Source: Nitrospinota bacterium (GTDB taxonomy: Bacteria > UBA8248). Taken from it: DNA of 11,800 nt. The stretch is taken from NCBI GenBank assembly GCA_046581755.1, contig JAYGFR010000126.1, positions 1-11,800 on the forward strand, written 5' to 3'. Position numbers and translations under genes: made by a program. Each line of letters begins with the position of its first letter. The stretch's first letter is position 1. The notes beneath the pieces were generated by a model, which searched no databases, was not told the DNA's origin, and worked only from the letters and a program-made list of their open reading frames with translations. Below are positions 1 to 7,218 of the stretch, piece by piece.

Positions 1-765
1 GGTCTTTTGCTTGATCCCAGCGATATGACGCCTTCCATAAAGTGTATGGAAAGAGCTGTCGAAATTGATCCGAACAATATGAACTACAGATTCTTCTTAG
101 GAATGCTGTTGGATTATTCCGGCAATCCCCAGGATGCGGCAATCCATTTCGATATGGTCGAAAACGGAACAAATTCAGATCGCGCAAAACTGGACGCCTG
201 GCGATATATTAAATCCGACAATAATATAATACCACTAATTATTGGAAGCGAAATTCAGGCTTTTAAACTTGGCATTGATGCTGCTGTTAATGAGGGACTG
301 GTTTTGGAGTTCGGCGTGCGGTTTGGAACTTCGATCCGTCAAATTGCGGCATTGGTGGATCAGGATGTGCACGGATTCGATAGTTTCGAAGGACTTCCCG
401 AAGCATGGCAGAGTAACCCCAAAGGCTCCTACAGCACGAAGGGTGTAATTCCATCCGTTCAAGAAAATGTAATTCTTCACAATGGCTGGTTTGAAGAAAC
501 GCTTCCCGGTTTCGTTGAAAAATACCAGGCGCCGGTCCGTTTCATGAACATTGATTGTGATATCTACAGCTCGACTAAAACGGTTCTGGAATTCCTTGCC
601 AAACAAATTATTCCTGGAACGGTGATAGCTTTCGATGAATACATTGGGAATGAGAATTGGCGGGAAGACGAGTTTAAGGCATTCCAGGAAGCTGCCTCCA
701 AGCACGGGTGGAGCTATGAATATCTTTGCTTCAGCTTAATTACAAAACAGGTGGTTATCGTATAA
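1..765 (+). CDS. TPR-containing class I SAM-dependent methyltransferase, TylF/MycF-like (5'-truncated by window edge)
   Basis: Frame is open from base 1. TPR-like segment (SIKCMERAVEIDPNNMNYRFFLGMLL) is followed by TylF-type motifs LEFGVRFGTS, GFDSFEGLP, GWFEETLP, NIDCDIYSST and FDEY. Stop TAA at 763-765. Confidence 0.85.
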   Translation, partial: GLLLDPSDMTPSIKCMERAVEIDPNNMNYRFFLGMLLDYSGNPQDAAIHFDMVENGTNSDRAKLDAWRYIKSDNNIIPLIIGSEIQAFKLGIDAAVNEGLVLEFGVRFGTSIRQIAALVDQDVHGFDSFEGLPEAWQSNPKGSYSTKGVIPSVQENVILHNGWFEETLPGFVEKYQAPVRFMNIDCDIYSSTKTVLEFLAKQIIPGTVIAFDEYIGNENWREDEFKAFQEAASKHGWSYEYLCFSLITKQVVIV

Positions 766-979
766 ATTGAATTGCCCTTGATGGTCACGAACCAAACCGA
801 CCTTGTATCTAACCCATATGAACTCTTCCGTGTCATGCTGATAGGATAATGGATACCGACTCCCTATGGGGAGCCGGCGCGGACGGGAGACCGCCGTGAC
901 CTGGGTAATGGGAAACCGTGGGGCAGCTTGGGTCCCCGTCCGCCGCTCCTGAATCCCGAACGGTCGCTTGGGCATCGGC

Positions 980-1125
980 GCTCCGATGGTCCATGTTCCC
1001 GCCGGGTGAATCGTCATGGGTTCGACCTCGGGCGATGGCGACGAAAAACCCCGGCTGCGGATTTTCTGGACGGGCTCTACATCGACAAGTACCTGGTCAC
1101 GACTGCCCGCTTTCGCCGATCCGTA
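980..1125 (+). pseudogene. Degraded N-terminal fragment of an FGE-sulfatase (SUMF1/EgtB/PvdO-type) domain gene
   Basis: Manual translation gives APMVHVPAG*IVMGSTSGDGDEKPRLRIF (ATG 986, in-frame TGA 1007-1009), then a 1-nt frameshift at the T-run 1062-1065 into LDGLYIDKYLVTTARFRRSV. This matches the family opening 'MV.IP.G.F.MGS....DE.P.H.V.L..FYIDKYEVT.A.F..F'. Confidence 0.8.
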
Positions 1126-1335
1126 AATTCCTTAGACCGGCGAATTTCAGAAATGAGGAAAACAGCGAAAGGATAAAAGAGCAAAGGGGAAAAAGAAAAA
1201 AATATAAAAAAAGAAAAACACTGCGGATGGAAAGATGATAGTTTCTTTACTTGTCCACTTCTTTATGGAGCAACCATGAGCCGGGTGATCAATGCATTTC
1301 TCATTTTTTGGTGGATTGATGGAAGGGGGAAAAAG

Positions 1336-1530
1336 ATGTTTCCGCTGATAGGAGCGATGGAGTTGCTTGGAATAATTCTTTTCAGCTTGGTGATTATTTT
1401 CCCGCTATGGAAGATATTCCAAAAGGCGGGGCACTCTAAATGGCTGAGCGTTTTGACCGTTATTCCCATCGTCGATTTGGCCGTGCTGTACTATGTGGGC
1501 CTTGCGAAGGGGCCTGCCGGGCAAAAGTAA
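1336..1530 (+). CDS. Small hypothetical membrane protein (64 aa, two hydrophobic segments)
   Basis: ATG 1336 follows purine-rich GGAAGGGGG. Sequence contains LLGIILFSLVIIFPLWKIFQKAGHSKWLSVLTVIPIVDLAVLYYV; the WKIFxKAG...W...IP pattern is common in small uncharacterised membrane proteins. Confidence 0.7.
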   Translation: MFPLIGAMELLGIILFSLVIIFPLWKIFQKAGHSKWLSVLTVIPIVDLAVLYYVGLAKGPAGQK

Positions 1531-1571
1531 ATTGATTTCGCGCCGCGCCCGGCCGCCGCGGCGGAACGCGG

Positions 1572-2321
1572 CTAGAGGATTTTTTCGAGAAACTGCTTCG
1601 AGCGCTCCTCGCGGGGGTTGGAGAAGAACACGTTGGGATCGGCTGTTTCGACGATGAGCCCTTCGTCCATGAAGACCACCCGGCTGGCGACCTCCTTGGC
1701 GAACCCCATCTCGTGCGTCACCACGGCCATCGTCATTCCCTCGCGCGCCAGGTCGAGCATGACGTTCAGCACCTCGTGAATGACCTCCGGGTCGAGGGCG
1801 CTCGTCGCCTCATCGAAGAGCATCACCTTGGGGCGCATGGCGAGCGCCCGCGCAATCGCGACGCGCTGCTGCTGGCCGCCCGAGAGTTCCGAGGGATAGG
1901 CTTCCGCCTTTTCGGGGATGCCCACCTTGTCCAGAAGTTCATGTGCCGCCTTTTCGGCATCGGGCCGGCTTGAGCCGCGCACTTTGATGGGGGCAAGCGT
2001 GATGTTTTGAAGGGCCGTCATGTGGGGATAGAGGTTGAACTGCTGAAAAACCATTCCCACCTCGGAGCGGAGGTCGGTCATGTTCGTATTCGGGTCGGTC
2101 ACCGAGAGGCCGTCCACGATGAGTTCCCCCGCCTGAATCCTTTCCAGGCCGTTGATGCATCGCAGGAAGGTGCTTTTCCCCGAGCCGCTGGGGCCGCAGA
2201 TGACGACCACCTCGCCCTCGGAGATCACCATCGACACCCCGCACAAGGCCTCGAAATCCCCATAGAATTTATGGACGTCGCGCGCCTCGACCATAATTTT
2301 GGCGTTCATGGTTTTATCCAT
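1572..2321 (-). CDS. glnQ: Polar amino acid ABC transporter ATP-binding protein (GlnQ/HisP family)
   Basis: Walker [11 protein letters not shown]-loop [13 protein letters not shown], signature LSGGQQQR, Walker B/D-loop [14 protein letters not shown]-loop VTHEMGFA. Start may be ATG 2309 instead. Confidence 0.92.
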   Translation of the reverse strand: MDKTMNAKIMVEARDVHKFYGDFEALCGVSMVISEGEVVVICGPSGSGKSTFLRCINGLERIQAGELIVDGLSVTDPNTNMTDLRSEVGMVFQQFNLYPHMTALQNITLAPIKVRGSSRPDAEKAAHELLDKVGIPEKAEAYPSELSGGQQQRVAIARALAMRPKVMLFDEATSALDPEVIHEVLNVMLDLAREGMTMAVVTHEMGFAKEVASRVVFMDEGLIVETADPNVFFSNPREERSKQFLEKIL

Positions 2322-2453
2322 GGAATGAGAACCGATCGCTTCTTCGGGTGGTCCATCAAATTCTAATCACCCAGACGGAGCGAATCAAGGCCGGCCCGGG
2401 CCGGACGGGAATCGAGCGGAGAGTTTGGCCAGGTATGGCGTCCCGGAGGCGTT

Positions 2454-2705
2454 TTATTTCGTTTTTTTCGCGCAGACCTGGCATTTTCCGTCCGGCATGT
2501 TATCCCGGGCCGTCTGGCATTCCTTTTTCGTGTCGTAGGGTCCGAGTATCATCCCGTTCGGAAGCGTCAGGCACAGGTTCGCCGAAACGACGGTTTTTTT
2601 CTTTTCCTCCGAACACCCCGCGAGAAAAACGAGGACGAGGACAAACAGGAGACGGGAAAATATTTTCGTCGATTTCCAAGGTCTCCGGATATCCGATCGA
2701 TGCAT
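2454..2705 (-). CDS. Small Cys-rich putative lipoprotein (83 aa)
   Basis: ATG at 2705 preceded by GGGAGG. Basic N-region, hydrophobic LLFVLVLVF and lipobox LAGC, then a mature part with four further Cys. Begins 28 nt after the aminotransferase stop on the same strand. Confidence 0.7.
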   Translation of the reverse strand: MHRSDIRRPWKSTKIFSRLLFVLVLVFLAGCSEEKKKTVVSANLCLTLPNGMILGPYDTKKECQTARDNMPDGKCQVCAKKTK

Positions 2706-2733
2706 CCTGCCGTACCTCCCGAAAAAAGGCGGA

Positions 2734-3879
2734 TTACCCAAGCTGCTTGAATACTTCCCCAATGATGTTCATTCCCTTTTCGATCGTCGCCTCATTCACC
2801 GAGTATGTGAAGCGCAGGTGGCCCTCGCCCGTGGCGCCGAACTCCGAGCCGCTCCGGACCGCCACCCCCGACTCCCAGATCCTTTTGCGCATCTCGGCCG
2901 ATGAAAACGGAAACTCGTAGCGGCAATATAGATAAAAGCCTCCCTGCGGCTCGACGGGGAGCAGGCCGGGAATCTCTTTCGCCATCTGGTGTATCAGGCT
3001 GCCGCGCTTGAAGTATTCCTCCGCCATGTCCGCGACGCACTCTTGGGGGCCGCGCATCGCCGCCGCGGCGGCCCGCTGGACGAAGGTGCAAATCGGCCCG
3101 TTGATGGAACGGTGGACCCCGAAGAGGAGCGAGGTGAGGCCCGGCGGCGTGACCATGTATCCCACCCGCCAGCCGGTCATCGAATAGGTCTTCGACAGCG
3201 ATTTCAGGAGGATGGTCCGATCCTTGTGCTCCGTGAACGAGAGGATGGGGACGTGCTCGTAGCCGGGCTGGAGGATCTGGTCGTAGGCCTCGTCCGAAAC
3301 CAGAAGGAGATCCTTCTCGGCGCAGAGCCCGACGAGCGCTTGGACCTCATCCCGCGTGTAGACGACGCCGGTCGGATTGTTCGGATTGCAGAACAGGATG
3401 AGCCGCGTTTTATCGGTGATGGCCGCGCGGATGGCGCCGAGGTCGAGGTGGTAGGCGGCGTCGTGGGGAACGAGGACGGGAACCGTGCCGAGCTGGCGCG
3501 CTACGTGCGAGTAGAGGGAAAACGTCGGGTCCATGATGATGACTTCATCGCCCGGATCGAGGAAGGCGGTCATCACGGTGTAGATGCCCGAGCTCGCCCC
3601 GTTGGTGGCGAAAACGTCCTCGGGGAGGTATTCGCCACCCGATTCGCGGCGGATGGCCTCGCAGGCGCCCGCGAGGAATTCCGGGTCCCCGTAGCCGGGG
3701 GCGTAGAATGTGAGCCCCTCGTCGAGGGCGTCTTTCGCGGCCTGGCAGATGTGTTCCGGGGTGGGAAACGATGGCGTTCCGCTGTCGAGGCGGATCATGC
3801 CCTCGGGCCGCTTGGCCGTCATGTGTTTCGCCCGCTCGCCGCCGGCGACGCTTTGCACGTACTGGGAGATATGAACCAT
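2734..3879 (-). CDS. PLP-dependent aminotransferase class I/II (aspartate aminotransferase-like)
   Basis: Motifs CNPNNPTG, SDEAY, SLSKTYSMTGWRVG (PLP lysine), QGGFY and GEGHLRF. GGAG RBS before ATG 3879 favours it over 3903. Confidence 0.92.
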   Translation of the reverse strand: MVHISQYVQSVAGGERAKHMTAKRPEGMIRLDSGTPSFPTPEHICQAAKDALDEGLTFYAPGYGDPEFLAGACEAIRRESGGEYLPEDVFATNGASSGIYTVMTAFLDPGDEVIIMDPTFSLYSHVARQLGTVPVLVPHDAAYHLDLGAIRAAITDKTRLILFCNPNNPTGVVYTRDEVQALVGLCAEKDLLLVSDEAYDQILQPGYEHVPILSFTEHKDRTILLKSLSKTYSMTGWRVGYMVTPPGLTSLLFGVHRSINGPICTFVQRAAAAAMRGPQECVADMAEEYFKRGSLIHQMAKEIPGLLPVEPQGGFYLYCRYEFPFSSAEMRKRIWESGVAVRSGSEFGATGEGHLRFTYSVNEATIEKGMNIIGEVFKQLG

Positions 3880-4053
3880 CCAATGCGCTCCAATAAGAAT
3901 CATTCCGAAATGGACCAGGGGGGATTATAGGGCGGGACCGCACCGGGGGCCACCCGGAGCCCATCACTCGGCCCGGAATCGCAAATCTGCCCGGCGAGCC
4001 CGGCGGGGGTGCCGGCGGAGGTGGAGACCCCGGGGAAACTGGTTGATATTCAA

Positions 4054-4101
4054 GCGGATAAAAAAAATCCGCGCGGCCCCGAAAAATGCGGATCTTTTTT
4101 T
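4054..4101. promoter_or_regulatory. Overlapping alternative inverted repeats followed by a T-tract (terminator/attenuator-like)
   Basis: GCGGAT (4054-4059), ATCCGC (4067-4072) and GCGGAT (4088-4093); A-run 4060-4066 and T-run 4095-4101. Lies in the divergent intergenic region. Confidence 0.4.
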
Positions 4102-4102
4102 C

Positions 4103-4122
4103 AACGAAATCTCTCTTTCGTT
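4103..4122. promoter_or_regulatory. Operator-like dyad AACGAAA-N6-TTTCGTT
   Basis: Perfect 7-bp AT-rich inverted repeat about 90 nt upstream of ATG 4210. Confidence 0.35.
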
Positions 4123-4175
4123 TGTTAGGATAAAAAGTGTCTGCCCAAAAGCGGGGTAGCCGCCGGAACGATCGA

Positions 4176-4193
4176 CGGGAACCTGGGTTCCCG
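4176..4193 (+). promoter_or_regulatory. Perfect 8-bp inverted repeat just upstream of the RBS
   Basis: CGGGAACC-TG-GGTTCCCG, ending 5 nt before the GGGAGAGG RBS of the 4210 gene. Confidence 0.4.
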
Positions 4194-4209
4194 CTAGTGG
4201 GAGAGGCAG

Positions 4210-4740
4210 ATGAAAAGGATGATGATCACCGGAATCGCCGGGGGTGCGCTGGGCGCCTTGGCCTTTTGGTACTACCAGGTGACCTTTCAGGGCGGAACGA
4301 TCCCGGCCTTTATCGGGGCCCAGATTGTCAGCCAGGGAAAATACGCCCTCCCGCCCGCCTGGGTGGGCTGGGGCGTGCACCTGGGGGTGAGTATTTCCTA
4401 TACCTTCCTGCTGGTGCTCATCCTCGCCGCCGTTTTTCCGCGCTCGTTTGTCCTCAACCGCTCGGTGAGCCTTACGGCGGCGCTGGCCCTGGGCTGGCTG
4501 ACCACCCTCATCGCCGCGCCCGCCATCCAGATCACCATCGCCCTCCTGGCGGGCAAGGGGTTTCCGGCGAAGCTGTGGCCGCTGAATCCGGCCAAGGGCC
4601 ACACCTTCTGGAACCATCTGCTCTTTTTCGTCCTCGTATGGGCCTTGGATACGGGGCTCGCGCTTTACATGGAAAACCGCGGCCGGGGAAACGGGCGCGC
4701 GGTTTCGGTACACAACTCCGGCGGGGAGCCCTCCTTCTAG
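4210..4740 (+). CDS. Hypothetical integral membrane protein (about 4 TM helices, two intramembrane His)
   Basis: GGGAGAGG RBS. Four hydrophobic stretches with GWGVHLGVSISY and FWNHLLFFV. GC-rich third codon positions. Stop is 4 nt before the next ATG. Confidence 0.85.
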   Translation: MKRMMITGIAGGALGALAFWYYQVTFQGGTIPAFIGAQIVSQGKYALPPAWVGWGVHLGVSISYTFLLVLILAAVFPRSFVLNRSVSLTAALALGWLTTLIAAPAIQITIALLAGKGFPAKLWPLNPAKGHTFWNHLLFFVLVWALDTGLALYMENRGRGNGRAVSVHNSGGEPSF

Positions 4741-4744
4741 CGCC

Positions 4745-5452
4745 ATGGCGAAACCCGCCCCATTCTCCCTCGGGCGCCTTGCGCCGCTCCTCGTCCTCCT
4801 GGCCGTGATGATCGCCTTTTTCGCGCTCGGCCTCGGCCGCTATTTCACCTTCTCCGCCCTCCGCGAGAACCGCCATCTCCTCCTCGGCTGGGTGGATTCC
4901 TATGGGGCGGCGGCGGCGGCGGCCTACATCCTTCTTTACGTCGCCATCATCGCGCTCTCGGTACCGGCCGGCGCCATGATGAGCATCGCCGGGGGGTTCC
5001 TGTTCGGCGCGGTGTGGGGGACCCTCTACATCCTCATCGGCGCGACCGCTGGGGCCAGCTGTCTGTTTGTCATCGCCAAGACCTCGCTGGGCGACACCCT
5101 CCGCAAGAGGGCGGGGCCCTGGATGAAAAAGATGGAGGAGGGTTTTGGGGAGAACGCGCTGAGCTACCTCCTCATCCTCCGGCTGGTGCCCCTGTTCCCG
5201 TTTTTCGCCGTAAACCTTGTCCCCGCCTTTCTGGGCGTACGGCTCTCCACCTACGTCATCGCCACCTTTTTCGGAATCATTCCGGGCACCGCCGTCTTCG
5301 CCACGGTCGGATCGGGCCTGGGGAGCATCTTCGAGGGGGAGATGGAGTTCAGCCTCACGGGGATCCTGACCCCCCGGATGATCGCCGCCCTCATCGGCCT
5401 CGCCCTCCTCGCCCTCATCCCGGTGGCGTATAAAAAATTCAAGAGCGCCTGA
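4745..5452 (+). CDS. TVP38/TMEM64 (VTT domain, DedA superfamily, YdjX-like) membrane protein
   Basis: Motifs ALSVPAGAMMSIAGGFLFG, GATAGA, LRLVPLFPFFAVNL and TFFGIIPGT; multiple TM segments. Confidence 0.92.
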   Translation: MAKPAPFSLGRLAPLLVLLAVMIAFFALGLGRYFTFSALRENRHLLLGWVDSYGAAAAAAYILLYVAIIALSVPAGAMMSIAGGFLFGAVWGTLYILIGATAGASCLFVIAKTSLGDTLRKRAGPWMKKMEEGFGENALSYLLILRLVPLFPFFAVNLVPAFLGVRLSTYVIATFFGIIPGTAVFATVGSGLGSIFEGEMEFSLTGILTPRMIAALIGLALLALIPVAYKKFKSA

Positions 5453-5638
5453 ATGGCGGGAGGTCCATTTCCCCCAAACGGCGGGCATCTCTCCCTGCCG
5501 CTGCTTGTGGTACATTTCCCATAATATCTGACGATCAGGCTCAAATAGGGGGAGGGATAACCTCCGGGGGGCTAGCGCCGGCCGGAAGTCCCCGGATTTT
5601 GCCCCGGCCGTTTTCCGGGCTGGAGGAAGGAGCGCGGC

Positions 5639-7018
5639 ATGGCTCAGACATACGATGCGATCGTCATCGGCGCGGGGCAGGCGGGCCCCTCGCTGGCGGC
5701 CCGGCTCGCCGGGGAGGGGATGCAGGTGGCGATGGTGGAGCGCCATCTGTTCGGCGGCACCTGCGTGAACGTGGGCTGTATCCCGACGAAAACCCTCGTC
5801 GCCAGCGCGCGCTCGGCCTACGACGCCCGCCGGGCGGCGGAGTACGGCGTCGTGATCGACGGTTCGATTTCGGTGGACATGAAGGCGGTCAAGGCGCGGA
5901 TGGATGCCATGCGCGGCGCCTCGAACAAAGGCGTCGAGGGCTGGCTCAAGTCGATGGAAAACTGCACCGTCTACGAGACGCACGCCCGCTTCGAGGGCCC
6001 CCGCCTCCTCCGCGTGGGCGAGGATCTCATCGAGGCGGATAAAATATTCATCAACGTGGGCGGGCGCGCGTCGGCCCCGCCGGTTCCCGGCCTGGAGAGT
6101 GTCGATTACCTCACGAACTCCTCCATGATGGAGGTCGTTTTCCTGCCCGAACACCTGATCGTCCTGGGCGGCAGCTCCATCGGGCTCGAATTCGGCCAGA
6201 TGTACCGCCGGTTCGGGAGCGAGGTCACCATCATCCAGCGGGGGGGGCGCATCATTTCGCGCGAGGATGAGGACGTCTCCGATGCCGTCCGCGAAATCCT
6301 CGAGGCCGAGGGCGTCACCGTCATCACCGACACGGGCGATCTCGCCGCCGAAAAGCGCGGGGACGGGGTTGCTATCCGGATGACCTGCGGCGGCGCGCCG
6401 AGGGAGGTGGCCGGCTCCCACCTGCTGGTCGCGACGGGCCGGCGCCCGAATACGGACGATCTGGGCCTCGAGGCGGCGGGCGTTGAGACGGACGCCAGGG
6501 GGTATGTCACTGTGGACGACTCGCTCCAGACCTCCGTCCCCGGCGTGTGGGCGATGGGCGACTGCAACGGGCGGGGCGCCTTCACCCATACCTCCTATAA
6601 CGATTACGAGATTGTCGCGGCCAACCTCCTTGGCGGCGATTCGCGCCGGGTGAGCGACCGGATTCTCACCTACGGCCTCTTCATCGATCCGCCCCTCGGG
6701 CGGGTAAGGATGACCGAGGCCCAGGCGAGGGAATCGGGCCGGAAGGTCCTCGCCGCCAAGAAGCCGATGGCCCACATCAGCCGCGCCAAGGAAAAGGGCG
6801 AGACCCAAGGGTTCATGAAGTTCCTGGTGGACGCGGACACAAAGGAATTTCTGGGGGCGGCAGTGCTCGGGGTCGGCGGCGACGAGATCGTCCACGCCAC
6901 CACCGACATCATGTACGCGAAAGCGCCCTATACGGTGATCCAGCGCGCCGTCCACATCCATCCCACCGTCTCCGAGCTCATCCCGACGACGCTGGCCGAG
7001 CTCGCCCCGCTGGAGTGA
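5639..7018 (+). CDS. FAD-dependent pyridine nucleotide-disulfide oxidoreductase (MerA/RclA/Lpd-like; not a true MerA)
   Basis: FAD motif IGAGQAG, redox disulfide GGTCVNVGCIPTK, ATGRRPNT, AMGD and C-terminal HIHPTVSE. No N-terminal metal-binding domain and no C-terminal Cys-Cys. Strong RBS GGAGGAAGGAG. Confidence 0.92.
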   Translation: MAQTYDAIVIGAGQAGPSLAARLAGEGMQVAMVERHLFGGTCVNVGCIPTKTLVASARSAYDARRAAEYGVVIDGSISVDMKAVKARMDAMRGASNKGVEGWLKSMENCTVYETHARFEGPRLLRVGEDLIEADKIFINVGGRASAPPVPGLESVDYLTNSSMMEVVFLPEHLIVLGGSSIGLEFGQMYRRFGSEVTIIQRGGRIISREDEDVSDAVREILEAEGVTVITDTGDLAAEKRGDGVAIRMTCGGAPREVAGSHLLVATGRRPNTDDLGLEAAGVETDARGYVTVDDSLQTSVPGVWAMGDCNGRGAFTHTSYNDYEIVAANLLGGDSRRVSDRILTYGLFIDPPLGRVRMTEAQARESGRKVLAAKKPMAHISRAKEKGETQGFMKFLVDADTKEFLGAAVLGVGGDEIVHATTDIMYAKAPYTVIQRAVHIHPTVSELIPTTLAELAPLE

Positions 7019-7218
7019 TCGGGTTGTGTGGCCGGGTTGTGGTAGAGGGGCGCGGTTCAGGCGGCTCGCGCCCGGGGCCGGATGAATTTTTCCAGGGAAT
7101 TCCGGGCTCCGCCCGAATCTCCCGGGGCAGGCCGCCTTTTGGCGGCGGCATAGCCGTGTACTCTGACCGATAGTCCGGGTGGCCGGACGAATTTTCTTTT
7201 CCAAAAGGGGAGCGACGC

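Noticed and set aside
805..856. Possible integron attC site or IS end (ATCTAAC at 807-813; GTATC...GATAC imperfect dyad)
   Set aside because: No matching GTTRRRY core, poor pairing, and no integrase or second site in the window.
1007..1009. In-frame TGA as possible selenocysteine or readthrough codon
   Set aside because: Not a Cys position in this domain, and it is accompanied by frameshifts and truncation, so simple decay explains it.
2391..2404. Palindrome CCGGCCCGGGCCGG (also CCGCCGCGGCGG near 1555 and AGCGCA-GA-TGCGCT at 8405-8418) as terminators
   Set aside because: Short or GC-only dyads without a clear adjacent U-tract are likely by chance in GC-rich DNA.
2989..3930. 313-aa plus-strand ORF (also 3964-4746, 4137-4808, 8667-9671 and 9756-10340)
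   Set aside because: These overlap well-supported genes in antisense or alternative frames and show no family motifs.
5639..7018. Call as mercuric reductase merA or dihydrolipoamide dehydrogenase lpdA
   Set aside because: Lacks the MerA C-terminal Cys-Cys and mer operon genes, and there are no 2-oxoacid dehydrogenase neighbours.
4532..7204. 890-aa minus-strand ORF
   Set aside because: Antisense shadow of the TVP38 and reductase genes. High GC3 suppresses stops, and the translation has no recognisable motifs.
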